A stretch of DNA of 63,991 bases, the filler included, from Rhabdomonas costata (Eukaryota): the NCBI GenBank assembly GCA_019059605.1. It is 12 parts of 12 records of this genome, joined end to end, with 100 filler letters (N's around TTAATTAATTAA, not from the genome) between each part and the next. Parts side by side here need not be neighbours in the genome. Positions count along the whole stretch, not along the records: positions 10,689 to 15,892 come from JAHMHO010000085.1; positions 15,993 to 22,080 come from JAHMHO010000086.1; positions 22,181 to 27,334 come from JAHMHO010000087.1; 9 more parts are not named here. One strand, 5' to 3'. The notes below the pieces were generated by a model that had not been told where the DNA came from, did no database searches, and saw nothing but the letters and a program-made list of their open reading frames with translations. The position numbers and the translations under genes were made by a program. Shown piece by piece: positions 10,896 through 22,227 of the stretch; the stretch's first letter is position 1, and each line of letters opens with the position of its first letter.

Positions 10896-13097
10896 CACAG
10901 CAGTTGGTACACCAGCCACTCGTTCTCACATGGGAGCACTGGGCGGTTGTCGGGGTTGCCCAGAACGGGGATCTCCGACACCTCCCGGCGGCACCGCGGG
11001 GGAAGATGAAACCTCTGAACCCCATTCGCACAACCCTTCCATTTATACAAGCACAAAAACAGCCACCCGAAATCGAGAAGACGAGAACATGTGACCCCAG
11101 CTTGATTCCACAAAGCACAGATCTTCGCATGAAATCAACAGATGATTAGAGACACAGTTTTGGGGGTGGAAGTGCTTTCTGGTATTTGGGGGACAGGTAG
11201 ATGCACCAACACAAGTCAAACACAAAAATGGAAAAGGACATCTTTTTCTGACCTCAAGTTTCAGCCACATACAAAAAACACTGATCCGGGTGTGAAAGGG
11301 AAAGGTAAACACTGGTATGGATGCTGTCAGGCACCGAAATCGGCTCGAGTCCATATCGCGCTGGTCTCGATTAGGCGTTAGGCTGAAGGCAACCTGCCAC
11401 CCACCCCAACCAGGTCTTCCCCTGTGGAAAATGAGGGCCAGCAGGTCCCTGGGGTTGGGAAGTCTGAGTCTCGAGCAGTCGCGAAACGTGAGATGATGAC
11501 TGAGTGAGGTCTGTGTCTCTCCCCACAAACAAAGGACAAAGAATACACGCAAAAACACCAGCGAAAAAAAGGCGTCAGCACACCACGGGTGGGAGGGCGT
11601 GGCCCTGCAGCGCCGCAGGGGCCACAGCGGCGGCGGTGGGCGAGAGGTGAGCGGGGCCGTCAGAGGTTGCCGGGGGAGACAGCGGAGGGCTGTACTGAAA
11701 CTGAGCAAAAAAAAAAGTGGAGCGGGGGAGGAAAACCATCCTGGTAAGTGCGTGCTTGCGTGCGTGTGTGCGAATGTGTGTAGTGCGCCGCCACGTATTT
11801 TTCTATATGGTATGAATCGAAGCGAGTAATGGATCGCGAGATCTCTGCTCATCTCAGCCCCAAGCCAGTGTTTAGACAGGTTCATAGGTTCATAGGTTCA
11901 CCCCCGCCCGCGCCTTCAAACCTCTGGGCACAGGCTCACTCTGGGAACCTACCCGAATCCCCACCCACTTTAGGGGACCTTAGTGATGGTGATGCACGTG
12001 ATTTGGTTTCCAAAACATGATTTGCATCGGGTTTAGGTGGTGGTGAACATCAGTCCCCCCCCCGCCGGCTTATATCCTGCACCCATAATGGACGTGATGT
12101 TGGGTCCACCCGATGTCAGCTGTGAACTAGTGCGGTTATGGGCCCCTTTCTTAAGAGTTAATGCCCGCATCCCCATGTATTGCAATGGAAGCCTTGCAGG
12201 GAGTAAGGTTGCGATGCACGCGCTCCCTGAAGACTCTTTCCAGAATGTCTTGGATATATGCAGCGCAGCGCAGCGGCCCAAGATTCTAGGAGCTTTCATT
12301 TGTTGGACATGAATGTGCGAGTCGCATAAAGGCATAAATGCACTTAAGCCCTTTTATAAAAACCAGCTCAACAAAGTAAGAAGCAGTTCTAAGAGCAGAA
12401 ACGAACCCCGAACAACGCCGCGAGTTGAGTGGCGACCCCCCGCAGCGCAGTCTGACCCTCGGCGTCCACGCAGCAGCCCTATATTTTGTGCAACAAGAAG
12501 AAACCCTGTCAATGCAGATAAAAGACGCTGAGCGAGTGCTTCAGAGACTGCAGTTCAACCCCCTCCCCCGGCCCCGTCATTCTGGGGGGACCAATTTTGT
12601 GACACAAATTTGTGACGAAAACGCTTCTCGCCAAAACAGTTAACATGTTGCGAAAATCAACCAAGTCATTTGTTGATGACAAAAAAGCCGTGGCAGGAGG
12701 AGTGGCGGATGGAGAATTGGCGATACAGTTCGAAGGATATTGCACAGATGCATTCACAAACACTCATGAGACTGCTGTCTAGGGTGTGGCAACGCATACA
12801 TGCATGCTGTTTGCACCAGGTATAGGCATAAGGTTCGTTTGTGGTCAGTGTTCCGTGGTCGCTGCTTTGGAGGGCATGGCGGCCCCTTCCTCTCCTGCGG
12901 GCGGAGAAGCTTAGGAAACGTCATGAACGCAGACACTTGCACGCACATGGGCACACCCAGGCGTTGTCCAGCATCAGCACCACCCGGTCGACGGTCTCCG
13001 GGGCGAACACCGGGATCTGGCCGCACCTCTTCACCTTTCCCATCGCCCGCTCTCCACCGGCCCCAACAGCGGCATACTGGTGCCTCGTCAGCTCCTC
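10896..13097 (-). CDS. Exons of a hypothetical protein; exon 10896-11014 weakly resembles an SMPD4 (neutral sphingomyelinase 3) motif
   Basis: AG/GT-bounded exons ELTRHQY...ETVDRVVLMLDNAW and RFHLPP...IPVLGNPDNRPVLPCENEWLVYQLL (compare GDPxxxPIxxxExxxLVxxL). Confidence 0.3.
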
Positions 13098-14153
13098 TAA
13101 AATGATGCCCTCCCCCCCACGCACACACACACACACACACATTCAACCGGCGATCCGCACGCCCAACAAGTCCAACTCATATTGAAGCGACGAGCACATG
13201 GAACACCAATGATGCGGCCTTTTACAGAGCACTGGACTGCGCTAGTTGAAGTATTTTTCACATTTGACTTTGAGTTTTTATTTTCACGACTTCACGCCTT
13301 CACTTCTTTCCGCTTGCATTTCTTTTACTTTTTTTACGAACGGGAAATTTGTTTGCACTTTTTATAATACCAACGCAAATACAAAAATGAAAAACGAAAA
13401 CCTTGCAACATTCTCCTGCATGACATGTTTTTGTGCAGGTCTTTCTGCCTCCAGTGGAGTTCTACCCCTTTCTGCCGCTTCCTGCTCGCTTCTTCGCTTC
13501 TTCGCTTCTCGGGATCTGGCAGGTCTGTACGAAACCTTGATGAGGCCTTCAATACAATCAACACACAAAAACACACAAAGAAGCATGCCACACGTCACAC
13601 CGATGTAACGGCCACCTCCTGTGAAAACGCGGAACAGGGGCGTTGCCCCTGCCATCATACCCCACGACGGGGAGGCAGCCGGGGGATCTGCGGTGAACCT
13701 GACCCACAAAGAGAGTGCGGGGAAATGCCGTTTTCAGTTCCGCAGATGTCATTGGGAAGTCACTCCCCTGATGCTCTTTCAAAATCCACCAACCAGAGCC
13801 ATTTGTGGAGGCCCCGAGGGGAAGCAGCTAAGTTGGGAATCCCAATGATGATTGGAGACGAAGTTGCAAAGGGATCCTCTTCTTTGGGGAGGAAACTTGG
13901 GCAGTGCTAATCGCTCAGGAGGATACCAAGGAAGCGCAGTGATTTGGAGTCAGGTGCACCGCCAAACACACGAATAAAATAGCGCTGCGTCCGGAAAGAG
14001 AACAACAGTAAGCGCTAAAAATCTGGTGGATCTGTCGCCTAACCACTCCACCCATCAACCCACCCCCATCACTCCGCTTCCACCTCACCCATCCACAACA
14101 CCATTCGCCCGGAATCACCAGCAGACAGGCAAGCGTCGCATGCACTGCACTGA

Positions 14154-14263
14154 ACTGGACTGGACCTGGACCTGGACCTGGACCTGGACCTGGACCTGGA
14201 AGTGAACTGATCTGAATGACCTGACCTGACCTGACCTGACCTGACCTGACCTGACCTGACCTG
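14154..14263 (+). repeat. Compound microsatellite (CTGGAC)n followed by (CTGAC)n
   Basis: Tandem hexamer then pentamer units, directly visible. Confidence 0.95.
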
Positions 14264-15892
14264 AGCTGAATGACTGCTTGCTTGAGACCAGTCAACGTGG
14301 GCAAAGCCTCAGAAAAATATTGCTTTGTGAAAAACTCGCTACTTGTCGTGAGTCAATCAATCGAACGCTTGTATTGGTATTTTGTGTTACTTCCTTTCTC
14401 GGACACAGAATCTTCTCCTTCCACAAGAGCATTCCATTCCTGCAGGGAACGAATGCCCGTTTAGAGTGCGCGGTGCTGATCGCATGGCATGAGCAGATGA
14501 GAAGCTCTTTCACAAAATAAAAAAGCTTTCACATTCAGACCTGCGGCTGTCCTAAAGATCATTCTCGGCTAAACATTTATCTGATTCACAGTGAAAGAGA
14601 ACGCTGTAGAAAAAAAAAGGGACCGCAAAACATGGAGAGAAAAACAAACCGAGTCAGTTCTAACTATAGTAGCTCGAAACTGATTCCACGCAAAGAAGAT
14701 AAGACGCAACTACACCATTGAAAAAAATGTCACTCTTCAACATTTCAGAAGCAGAGCCATGAAGGCATGCAACCGATGCAGAATCCATGAACCCGTACAG
14801 AATGAAGAGGGCCAAGCAGAAAATGTGGAGCTGTTGCTATCCAGAAGGCAAAACCCTCGACCAGTGTCTCGAGCTCCTGGCTCTTTTTATATTCTCCCAT
14901 TGCGCCGCCTCTGCCCCGCCGCAGGGAGGTTGAAAACGACCCTAAGGTTGGGGCACCCTTCTTCGAAACGTTGCCAAAATCGAAACTGCCCCGACTCCCC
15001 ACTCCCTCACTCATCCTTGTCCCCAGAGCTGAAGCGCAAAGCTACACGGAAACTAGAGCGCCTACCAGGCGATGTGTTTTCCAGCATTGCAGTACACATC
15101 CCAAAACGCAACGCACGCACCACGAAGCACATCTTCACACATGCACAAAAAGGTGAACTGACGACAGAGGAGCAGAAGATAAAGGAGGAGGAAGAGGAGG
15201 ACGAAAAGGAAAAATGGAAAAAGAAAACAGGGGTCGTGTGCGCTGAGGCACGCTTGCTTTCGGGGGAGCACCCAAGCTCCACCGCCCCGAAGGTGAATCC
15301 GCAACAGAAATCCGGCGGTGCTGAGGTGCACGTGAGGAAACCATTACATCGTTCCACACTGGAGCAAACATGACACATGCTGGAGGTGCCTGCCTCCTCG
15401 AAGTGCGGACACGTCCTCTCGTTCCCTCTTCCACTGTATTTTTGCATCGATTCCACTCACCCATCCGCTGATCCCCCGAGCAGCGCGCAAAAGTTCACAC
15501 ACCGAGAGAGAAACGCCGAAACGAGGAGAAAGCAGGGCGGGATTCGGGAGGACGTGGCTCTTCTCTCTGTGGGGTGGGGCAATGCCAAAAGCGTTGCGCA
15601 CTTCAAAGGATGACAGAAGAAAAGGGGGTTGTGCACAGAAGCAGAGAGGTCATGCCGTAGCAGAACGAGAGGCATGCATGATGGGCGGGAGAGAAAGAAG
15701 AGGAGAGAGATGGAGAAGGGAAATGAAAACAAGCGGAGGAGAATCGCGGCGAGCGTACTCCGCCAAGAAAGAGGGAAGCCTCACACACAAGCGGCACAAT
15801 CCTTGTGCAGGCAGGCCTATCCACAGCAGGCAGCCACCGGGCAATGGTGTCAACGAAACTCCCACCCACACCCCCCACCCACACCCAACACA

Positions 15893-15992
15893 NNNNNNNN
15901 NNNNNNNNNNNNNNNNNNNNNNNNNNNNNNNNNNNNTTAATTAATTAANNNNNNNNNNNNNNNNNNNNNNNNNNNNNNNNNNNNNNNNNNNN
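15893..15992. other. Artificial contig linker
   Basis: N44-TTAATTAATTAA-N44. Confidence 0.98.
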
Positions 15993-16596
15993 TTTTTTTT
16001 AGGATGATTTCTCGTTTATAGTCACAGTTTTCGCGGCGGCGTACAAGTTGAGTTAGTGAGTTGTTTTGACGGTGAAAGGTTTTGCGCATACAGGGTACTG
16101 GCTGAAGCACTTCTGTCTTTCGCCGTCAATGGCGGGTGCGTCATTGTGCAAAAAGGATAAAAATAGGACCGCATAAGAAGAGAATCTGGAAACAGAATAA
16201 GGTTGGAAGACACAGAAGAAAGGGAGAGTGGATTCATTCGAATTGAAGTTGAGAGCTTCTGTTTGAAAATTGCACACATGAGATGACGCAATTTTAGGCG
16301 AGGTTCTGTGAGATGAAACTGACCGTATCATCTGAACGGCTTGGCCAGCAGAAAAACGGAAATTACATATTTGACTTTTTGGATGCAACTCTTAATAAGG
16401 TGCTTTTTCGTCTTACCATTTTGCGACGGAGATTGTACCAGATGCCTTGTGATGGCTAGCAGGAGCCATTGTGGTGGAAGCATGAGACGTCCTTTGTCTT
16501 TGATCCCCCCCCAAAATCACTCTTTGCTTCCGATTGAACAGGAATAAATGTCAAAGGAGCTGCCCACACGGTGTGGCGGCCATACCAGTCAAGGTG

Positions 16597-17328
16597 CTAA
16601 GCATAGTCTATCCACAAAAAAAGATTCTTTTTGGAGCGGTAGGAAGCGCACAATTGTTTCATGGCAAAAAGGATAGCGTCAAAATCCGGATGAGGTATGA
16701 ACCATCGGTGCTGCAATTGATATTCATACTTCTTGGCGAATTTCTCAGATTCCTGATAGCCGAGCAAGGTGGGATGAAAGCCAAGAACGCAAGCTTTCAG
16801 TTTCCAGTCGGTAAACCCAAGGGTTGCGTCAGGAGCGTTCCCTGACCGATGCTTTGCAAGTCTTCTGGGCATGTTGTTGGTCCATCCCACGTAGTAGTCG
16901 CCAGCGGCTTCGCTGAAGATAACGTACACCACAGGAATTCCTTCGGGAGGTGCCCGTATGCAGGGTAGATAAAAAGGCTTTGGTGGAATCTCTTGAAAGG
17001 CAGCTTCAGTGTCGGCTTCGGACATCATGTCGGTCTGTTGAAGCCACCAGTCAGCCGCAGCGTGCCAGTGCGTTCGCTGATGGAGAAGGCGCAGTAGTGC
17101 AGGCTCGGATAAGCTGCCAACGAAGTAAATGTGCGACAGTTTTTCAACGCGAGTTAGCAACGTAAACAGCATAAGCCTGCTCCACATATGGTTTTTGGGG
17201 TCGTCGTCGAGAATCGTGGCGACCGCAGGAAGCGTCTCGCCTTGGCTGCCGTGGATGGTGTTGGCGCATGCAAGCTCCACAGGTACTTGTGTTCTTCTCA
17301 ACTGCTTGCTATCCTTGCTGATGGTGAC
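16597..17328 (-). CDS. RepHel last exon: PIF1 motifs V-VI and SLX1-like GIY-YIG endonuclease
   Basis: QVPVELACANTIHGSQGETL and FTLLTRV, then VVYVIFSE...YYVGWTNNMPRRLAKHRSG...WKLKACVLGF...AKKYEYQLQH. Phase-0 GT-AG intron at 17329-17557; stop at 16597-16599. Confidence 0.88.
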   Translation of the reverse strand, partial: VTISKDSKQLRRTQVPVELACANTIHGSQGETLPAVATILDDDPKNHMWSRLMLFTLLTRVEKLSHIYFVGSLSEPALLRLLHQRTHWHAAADWWLQQTDMMSEADTEAAFQEIPPKPFYLPCIRAPPEGIPVVYVIFSEAAGDYYVGWTNNMPRRLAKHRSGNAPDATLGFTDWKLKACVLGFHPTLLGYQESEKFAKKYEYQLQHRWFIPHPDFDAILFAMKQLCASYRSKKNLFLWIDYA

Positions 17329-17557
17329 CTGCAAAGAAACGGTTTATGTGTGTGTGTAAAAATATGAGAAATTCCCTCTCCTCTTATTCACCTGTCTCGG
17401 GTTGCTCCAAGACATACACACAGACACACACACACACACACACACAGTGCATGCTATCAACCACACCTCACGCCATTGTGGCTTTTTATGCTACACCCCA
17501 GTCTCATCTGTGAAGAAGAGAAAAAAGTTCCCAATGTGTTGCTCTCCAAAATGGTAC

Positions 17558-19882
17558 CTCCGAGACAGCTTCGGAGATGGTGACCTCCTTACCGGTCTTC
17601 AGCAGCCTGATTCGCACACTGGGTCCAGAAGACGGAGTTCGCGAAGCAAAAGAAATGATGTGCCCCTGGGTCCCATTGGGCAGGATTTCACCACCAGGTA
17701 ACCAGGTGTTGTGAGTGACTGTAACAAGATCGCCTTCGATCAACTGCGTGGAGCGCGCAAGCCCAGAGAATTTGTCTAAATAATGGTGGATTTTTTGATC
17801 TTGTGTCTCGTCCCACGAACCTACTCGATGAACTTGGTCGACACATGAAAAAATGGCTTTCACATTCGTTGATGCGTTGAACCGCTGGTCACGCTGAGCT
17901 ATCACAGCTTTGTTGGTCGCCAGTAACCATGTCGCATCTTGAGGGACACTGATGCCTGAAGGCACGTTAATGTTGCACTTTGTCTTGATGATTTTAACGA
18001 TGGTGTCGATGTCTTCTTCGACGGAGTGGGGTTTTCGAAATAAACGAATCATGAGCATAAGGTCACTGTCCATGCGGGCTCGAAACATCTGGGACATAAC
18101 AACGGATCGGAAGTTGAACTTCAGTATGTCCGACTGGAGCGGCGAACGTTGCGCAATGGGATCTGTTTGATAGTGGTCTCCGCATCCAACAACACAGACG
18201 CCTCCGTACGGTTTACTGTTTCCGCGCAGCCTTTTCAAGACGAGATCCATTGCGTCCATGGTTGTGGCTCCAACGTTGGCCATCTCGTCAATAAAGAGGA
18301 GTTGAAGGTCTTGCAGTGTTCTGCGATGAACCGGGTGGTGCTGCAGAAAGGTAAGAGCGCTCGCGGCCATTTTCGAAGCAGTGGTTGAGCGCTTCCCACA
18401 TTCGACTTTAAATCCGAAGAGAAGGTGTATGTGAATTCCCCCAAGTCTTCCGGCGCGAAGCGCCGACACCGCAACGAGCTCCCATTTTAAGAACCAGTTC
18501 CTGTGGGCCTGCCGAGCCAGCTCAAGCAGAATGTGCGTCTTCCCAGATCCGGGAGGAGCGGAAATGTAGACCGGGGTAACATAAGGTAGTCCTTCGTTGG
18601 GAAATGGCGCGTTCCGCATCAGCAGTGGAGCTAGATGTCCCTGGAGGACGTGTAAAGCCTTTTGTTGCTCAATCCACGATGCGTCTGATTGGTCCAAACC
18701 TTTTGACCATGCAGGGACGAGGGCAAACGCCTTTTCCCTGCGCTCGTGTGTGGCCATGAGGCGTTTATTGTATTCCAGGGAATGTTTCGCGCTCAATTCC
18801 TCCTCTGTGCAGCACCAGGTCAGGTCAAAGCTGTCAGGCTCGGTGAGGCACATCCAGACCTTGATGATCTCCTTTATCATTGCCTTATACCCGATCGGCC
18901 AATATCTTAGGTCAGAAAGCACGAAGTCTCTCAGTAAACCTTTTGGATTGGGGAGATCCGATTTGAGCTTGGCCATTGCATCGCGTAGCAGGGCTTCTTC
19001 GTCATCGAAGGGGGCAGCGCGCAATGTCTTCTGCAACAGCCAGACAGCCATTTCAGATGGGGAATACCGAGGATGGACGACGGTTGCATCCTGGGCGTCC
19101 AGTTGAAATATTTTGCTGAGCCAGGCATACTGATCAGTAAACTTACCTGTCAAAATTGCTTTTCGGACAAGTTCCGGGACCAGTGCAGCCACTGAAGGCT
19201 CCCCAAGGCGGTGGAACATTGAGGACAACAAGTCCATTCTGTGAACAATCGATGGTCTCAAAAATGTGTGCCTCATTCTGAGGTCAAAAAGTCCAAACAA
19301 TTTCCAATCGGCGGCAAGTTCCTCTGGAGCTGGTCCTTGGAATGGTAGGACAGTGTAGGTAAAGTAATCGTCCAGGCCAAATTCCAACATCTCCGGGCAA
19401 CGAAGGCAATATGCAGTAACTTTATCAGCATTAAACATCGATTCTCGCCATCGTTCTAGCGTGCGCTGTTGCCCTTTGGTAGGTTCTCTGAGAGGGAACA
19501 TTGGGGCTGATGTTTCGTGGTGGATCCCACACCTTGAAGTCTGATGATGGGCTGGGGCTCCCCACTGAGCACCTGGTTCCCATGAAGGCTTTGGGGTAAC
19601 AAATCGGTTTTCAGCAGGTCCTGAGTTTACATGAACGAATTCAAAGGTGGAAATCACAATTGGGAGACATAATGAGTGGAAAATCATTTCGGGAAGTCCA
19701 ATAGCGTGACCGTCCGGGCTGGAGTTGCTGTTCTCTGTCACCACTCTTTTCCGTTTTTTCTCATCCACCAAAGTTGCTTCCACCGTTGAAGTTGTCTTCT
19801 GCTTCAAGTGGACCGCAAAGCGCTCCTCCTCAGCGGCCGCGTACTTGACGAGGTATGCCAAGACAAATCTGCCGATGCAAAC
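17558..19882 (-). CDS. RepHel exon: Rep motif 3 (YLVKY) and PIF1-family SF1B helicase motifs I-IV
   Basis: YLVKY at 19841-19855; APPGSGKT (Walker A); GGIHIHLLF; FIDEMANV (Walker B); YGGVCVVGCGDHYQTDPI; QMFRA; LLATNKAV; NGTQG. Acceptor tttcag, donor GAG|gtacc. Confidence 0.9.
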
Positions 19883-19968
19883 CTGAAACGAATGATAATA
19901 AAGGTGGGATAAGAGGCATTGAAAAAAGTTCAAGGGTTAAAAGTAAAAGGTCGAATGTGTTTGCATTC

Positions 19969-21995
19969 CTGAATATTTGTGTGGGACTCCACGGCGGCAA
20001 ATATTTTCGGTGAGAAAGGGCTCACATCTTCACATCCCACCCCTCTAACAGGGCAGTGCCGCCCACCAGTCAACCACGGATGTAAGGCGACTTTCCCGCA
20101 GAGGGGGTCTCTCGTAGCCAGTCCACATGCCAAGAGAATCTGCTCGGCGTGCTCAGGAACGTAGACATCCAAGGGCTCATAGCGCGGAAAGTTGTGGACT
20201 TTCCAGGGGCAGTGGAAACGGCAGTTTCCGTCGACCGTGCATTTAGTTCCGCAGCGATGTCTCTGAATTTGGTCCGCCAGTCGAACGAGATGACGTTCAT
20301 TGTTGTAGCCTTTAAATGCATCCTCAATGGTCGCCGTTATCCTGGAAAGCGCAGCGTCGCAATCTGCCCTGAATTTTTCTGGCTCCTCAGGTTTGCCCAC
20401 GCAGCGCTCCGTGGTCCACACGAAGAAGTGAAGATGTGAAAAGTTTCCTCCTTCAGTTTGGAATTCGTGTCTAGCCCAAACATCGGTGACGTGGCCCAGA
20501 GGATGATCGATTCCATTTTTCAACCATTTTACGAAAAGTTGGGTTGCTCTGTGCCACGTCCGCTGCAAAAGTACCGAAATCGCCGCATGGTCGCAATTGC
20601 TCTCCACCAAAACTTTGTGGATCTGTCGAACTCCAGGGAAGCCACTGTGGTTCACTCCAATCGATCCAAAGTAGCATGGGATTCCTTCATTTTTAATCTT
20701 GGCGCAGAGTTCATTTACCCGCCTGCGGGCATATTCCTTATCTTCCAAAACTCCTGGGGTGGGCATCACATGATCTCCAAATTTGTTTGTGTACTCCAGC
20801 TTGGAAAATCTGTCTTCCAAGGCATTTTGGAGGCCCCGCTTCATCACCAGGAAAGGTGTTCCCATATCGACTGCAGAACAGAGCATCAGGTTGAAAGCGA
20901 ACGCGATCCAGCTGGGGTCGGCAGATCGTGTACTCCTTGGGTCACACAGAGTTTGCATAACATATTGATGCACTGCCACGAAGCGTGCTGCGCCCCCACC
21001 TCCTCCTCGATACAAGAAAATCGGCATGCAGCCAGGAAAATGTCCTTTCCGTGCAATCGGAAAATGCCCTGCAAACAGGAAAGCCTCCAGATAGTGCCCA
21101 ACCTCAGGTACATTGGGTGTAAGCGGCTTGTTACAGTGGCGACAAATTTCTTGACCCAGTTTGGCTGCGAATAGGAGGACATTTTGTAATCCGCAAGGGT
21201 TCCAAGCAAAATATGGAGTCCTTCCCGTTTAGTGTTTGCCTCGAATTCCATTGCGTGTTCTTCAACAGGTGCTATGACCAGATCTTCAGGAACATCTTCA
21301 TCGACAAACTGCGGAACGACCGCCACCCGACAGGCTTCTTCCAGGTCATCTTCCTGGCAACTTGACCGTGGTGTTGAGCAAGGGGAATTCGGAGATGAAG
21401 TGGATGTGCTTTCGTAAAGTGAGTCGTTTTCATTTTCTTTCTCGAAGTTATCCTCTTTGTTGGGTTCGGTCAAAGCCTCCCTTGCTGACGTGACACTATA
21501 AAATAAAACCACGTGGTCACCTGAGCGTACTTTGAGAGTTGGAAGGCATCGTCCCATGCAATCAAGATAGTTTTGGCTGCAGGAGTACCAAACTGAATTG
21601 GCCCAAAGGTCTCCGCATTTCTGAAGGCATTTCCATCCCATAGACGTCGAATGCCACATGATTGCAAAAAGTTGATGACGTTCCCCCAGGACCGAATCCG
21701 GAATAAGATCTTGATCAGCATCACAAAACCAGTAAAATACGGTTAGAGAACTCAAAACGGCACCGCCATTGATCCATCGGCAATTTTCGCATCTGGGAGT
21801 CTTGAAGCACTCGTCGAAAAGGGCCTGTGAGGAAGCGTTAAGAATTTCCTGTGTTGTCACAGATTCGCCAGATTTCAGCCCGCTCGATCCTTTAACTGGA
21901 AGCAGCCCGATCTCTTTCATGAAAGTGCCATTGTGGTTGCGATTTGGGCATTGGCAGAAGCTGTCTTTGATTTCGTCCACAGCGTCGAGTTCGGC
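19969..21995 (-). CDS. RepHel exon: Cys-rich/USP-like N-terminal region, acidic linker and HUH Rep motifs 1-2 (one frameshift near 21090-21140)
   Basis: Acceptor tttcag|GCC at 21995; motif 1-like CYFGSIGVN; HUH at ~20416-20472; QRHRCGTKC; ends SHTNIQ. Corresponds to ORFs 20886..22079 and 19930..21027. Confidence 0.8.
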
Positions 21996-22080
21996 CTGAA
22001 ATCCACAGCCCGGACCCAAAAATCTCATGCAAATCCACCTCCAAAACCCAAAAAAGTGCCCCGTACTTACACAAAACACA

Positions 22081-22180
22081 NNNNNNNNNNNNNNNNNNNN
22101 NNNNNNNNNNNNNNNNNNNNNNNNTTAATTAATTAANNNNNNNNNNNNNNNNNNNNNNNNNNNNNNNNNNNNNNNNNNNN
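22081..22180. other. Artificial contig linker
   Basis: N44-TTAATTAATTAA-N44. Confidence 0.98.
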
Positions 22181-22227
22181 GGTGGTGTTTCAGAACTTTA
22201 AAAGTAGGGAGGACAGAGCAGGCATAC

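Larger units (their letters stand above)
16597..22080 (-). mobile_element. Helitron-like rolling-circle transposon (divergent Rep-helicase with C-terminal GIY-YIG); 5' part cut off by the contig end, termini not identified
   Basis: HUH motif RHEFQTEGGNFSHLHFFVW, catalytic-Tyr motif YLVKY, full PIF1 helicase motif set and a GIY-YIG domain, all collinear on one strand. Confidence 0.9.

Noticed and set aside
16562-16580. Hairpin CCACAC-G-GTGTGG just after the RepHel stop as the Helitron 3' terminator
   Set aside because: The stem is short, the loop is too small, and no CTRR end follows; the terminus cannot be fixed from one copy.
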